Shown one piece after another: positions 60,927 to 64,000 of a stretch of DNA of 64,000 bases. The first letter of the stretch is position 1. Each line of letters opens with the position of its first letter. This stretch comes from Tubulanus polymorphus (taxonomy: Eukaryota > Animalia > Nemertea). The notes beneath the pieces were generated by a model that did no database searches, was not told the origin of the DNA, and saw nothing but the letters and a program-made list of their open reading frames with translations. The DNA lies in contig NC_134034.1 in the NCBI RefSeq assembly GCF_964204645.1, positions 6,422,914-6,486,913 on the forward strand, read 5' to 3'. A program made the position numbers and the translations under genes.

Positions 60927-63900
60927 AGTAATTGTATATATGTTGTTATAGATCAAAGGTCGAACGGTCGAGCTCATTAAAAAACAAACATTAAAAGTAA
61001 TTTTAAACTATAATATATTTTCATAGCCGTGCGTATTTTATATTAAAATTATTAAAATTTATTCTAAAATATTAATAATTTTAATTTTAAAAGCATATTG
61101 TATTAAATCATTAATTGGTCACGTCGCTTCGCTCCGCTCCCAATTGATTTAATGCAATACACAATAAAGAATATTCATATAATCAAATATATTCTAATAA
61201 TAATTATTCTATTATCTAATCTAAAATACACACGGCTATGAAAATATATTATAGTTTTAAATTATTTTTAATATTTGTTTTTTAATGAGCCCAATCTTTC
61301 AACCTTTGATCTAGAACAACATATATCAACATATATACAATTTCTCACGAATTTCTGTTGAGCCATCGATCCATCGAATAAGATAATTCGTAATTTCAAC
61401 TTCACGAACAATTTATTTACACTATGTACAGTTGTCTTTCTTTGATAGCTCACACACATTCTATTATCCAATTCCTGCTCTAAAGGGACTTAATGCTCTG
61501 TGATATACATATACAGTGAGTGCGCGTAACAACAGCTGCGCGTGGATAGATCGATACAGCGAGGTGCTACCGAGAACGGTTATTAACACGCGTTTTCAAC
61601 ATCTGTTATCAAATCTACTATTTTTTTCCATTATTTCATTAAATTAACTATAATCTTCTATTGTTGTACCCGTAGAAAATCTAAATATAATAGCTGCAGG
61701 ACCAATTTTACTATGCAATGTTTCTAAAATGTCAATTGTATCTTCCAGTAATTTCAAAAACACAAATAAAAGAGAAGTTAGAAAAAATATTTAATGAATT
61801 TAAACGTCATATTGAAGAAAGATATTTTGAGGGTTCTGGTTTAACATTGAATGAAATTATATTTTTAGATTTAAATGTTTATAATACAAAAATGAACAAA
61901 ACATCAAAAAGTAAAACAATGTTTAAAAATGATTCAAACTTTACAACAGAAAAGGATATTAAAGGATCATCTTATATTAAATTACCATTTACAACAAAAG
62001 CAGTAATAAATGTTCAAAATGAAGATAATAAATGTTTTCTATGGTCAATTATTAGTTTTTTTACACCCAACTCAGGAAAATGTTTGTAGAATAACAGATT
62101 ACCGGAAATATGAAACAATATATAAAATTGATCAATATCGAGTAACTATAAAAATGATTCCTAAAATAGAAGAAGTTAATAATTTAAAAATAAATGTATT
62201 TGAATTAATGCAATTACCAAAGACAAAGGGTGAGAATATTAAAGGTTATACATTAGAAGCTTTATATTTAACAGAATATTATGATGATGAAAATGCTGAG
62301 GATTTGTTATATTACAAAAAAGATGAAAATGAACATTATATGTGGTTAAAACAAAATGATTTATTCTTTAGAACAGAAAGTGATCATCATCGTACAATTT
62401 ATCTATGTAGAAAATGTTTATCTAAATTTATGACTGAGAATACATTATTAAAACATAAAGAATTATGTGATAATAAAGATTTTTGTAAATTAATAATACC
62501 AACAAAAAAAGATTGTAAGTTGAAATTTACTATTCATAAATTTAAAAATATTGTTCCATTTGTAATTTATGGGGTTTTGAATCGTTGAATAAAGAATTAA
62601 CTGATCAAGATAGAAAAGAAATATACAATAAAAAGCAATTTTTAAAATCAATGGATAAAGGAAATGAACTAAATGAAGATATAATTCAAGACCTACCAAT
62701 TATAAACACAATTAAAAAAGTTCATCAAAGAGCTACTGCTTATGGAATTTACATAAAATCAAATTATCCCGAATTATATGAAAGTCAATATATTTCTTTT
62801 AGAGGTGAAAATGTAGTTAATGATTTTTATAATAACATAATTGAATTAGAAAGTGATTTTGCAAAATTATTAAACAAAAATAAAAAAATAGTTATGACAA
62901 AAGAAGATAGAATTGATTTTAATTATGCAACTCATTGTTGTTATTGTGAAAAACGTTTTTATTCATTTGATAAAAAGTTAGAGATCATGATCATTTAAAT
63001 TCAAAATTACGCGGAGCTGATCATGAAGATCGTAATTTATAAGCTAAGAAAGTTAATTTCGTACCAATATTATTTCATGAGTTATCAGGCTATGGTACCC
63101 ATCTATTTATAAAACAATTATCGGGAAAATTAGGCGCAATTAATCAAGAAATAGAAGAATACAATGCTATGAATGGCGCAAATGTAAGAAAATATGACTT
63201 TTAAACTATTAGCTAAGACATCTGAAAATTATATTTCATTTCAATTTGGTTGCATTAGATTTTTAGATTCTTATAGATTTCTAGCAAGTTCGTTAGATAA
63301 TTTAGCAAAAAGTTTAGTTGATAATGATTTTATAATAACTCGACATTATTATCCAAATGAACAAGATTTAAAATTATTGAGATATAAAGGCGCAATCCCT
63401 TATTCATTTTATAAAACACATGATGATTTTTATGTAACAGAATTATCAAAAGAACAGTTTTATGATCAATTTAAAGAGGAGTATGTGAAAGATGAAGTGT
63501 TTAATATAACATTAAATATTTGAAAAATTTAGAGAAGTTAATTTGAATCATTTTTATGTTGATCCTAGCTATTGTTATTCAAGTCCTGGTTTAACCTGGC
63601 AATGTGGTTTAAAATATACAAATGTAGAATTACATTTATTAAAAGAACCAGACATGGTTTTATTATTTGAAAAATCAATTAGAGGTGGAATTAGTGGTGT
63701 TATGGGAGATAGACATTTTAAAGCAAATGATGAATATAAATTATTATATATTGGCGCCAATAATATATATGGTTGGGCAATGATGCAACCTCAACCATAC
63801 AAAAACTTTATATTAACAGAAGTTGAAAATGATGATAAAACTAATTGGGAAAGTGCAATGATGGGTTTAGAAGATGAAGCACCAATTGGTTATTTCTTTG

Positions 63901-64000
63901 TAGTTGATTTAGAATATCCTGATTACATAAAGTTTAAAACAAGAAACTTACCTTATTGCCCAGAACATTTAACCGTAGATGATAGTTATTTAAGTGAATA
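60927..64000 (+). mobile_element. Polinton C (diverged relative), left end only; truncated by window edge
   Basis: AGTAAT start, 419-bp terminal hairpin (60927-61345) sharing ATCAAAGGTCGAA.GGTCGAGCTC with A and B, followed by pPolB. Confidence 0.85.
61590..64000 (+). pseudogene. polB: pPolB of Polinton C, degraded
   Basis: YFEGSGL, VINVQNEDNKCFLWSI, KTSENYISFQFGC.RF.DSYRFL, EKSIRGGIS and ANNIYGWAM fragments. Confidence 0.9.

Overview
Eukaryotic (probably invertebrate animal) repeat-rich DNA with no recognisable host gene. Target-site duplications (TSDs) resolve the window into a multi-level nest of mobile elements. (1) A ~300-bp repeat (1-197, resuming at 58996) is interrupted by a non-autonomous TIR transposon T2 (198-58995). 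(2) T2 contains an inverted copy of its own family (T1, 1586-7995) and a Polinton/Maverick-type endogenous DNA virus, Polinton A (10992-58364, TSD GTTCTC). (3) Polinton A contains a second, inverted member of the same family (Polinton B, 38379-57029, TSD AACGAC) and a young Ty3/Gypsy LTR element (23881-35713, TSD GTTT) inserted in A's integrase gene. (4) The Gypsy element has gag, pol with a chromodomain integrase, and an intact F-type env; its pol carries a Helentron-like insert. A third, more diverged Polinton (C) starts at 60927 and runs off the window. The Polintons encode pPolB, penton, MCP, packaging ATPase, rve integrase, an HNH nuclease and about seven small or membrane proteins, but no visible adenain protease. 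Most notable: 14 of 16 Polinton genes start in ATAAATG with two upstream classes (A-core or T-run) resembling poxvirus intermediate/late promoters; Polinton ends are long terminal hairpins; and the Gypsy element combines env, a chromodomain and a hydrophobic transframe region. All calls were made by eye and no database searches were run.
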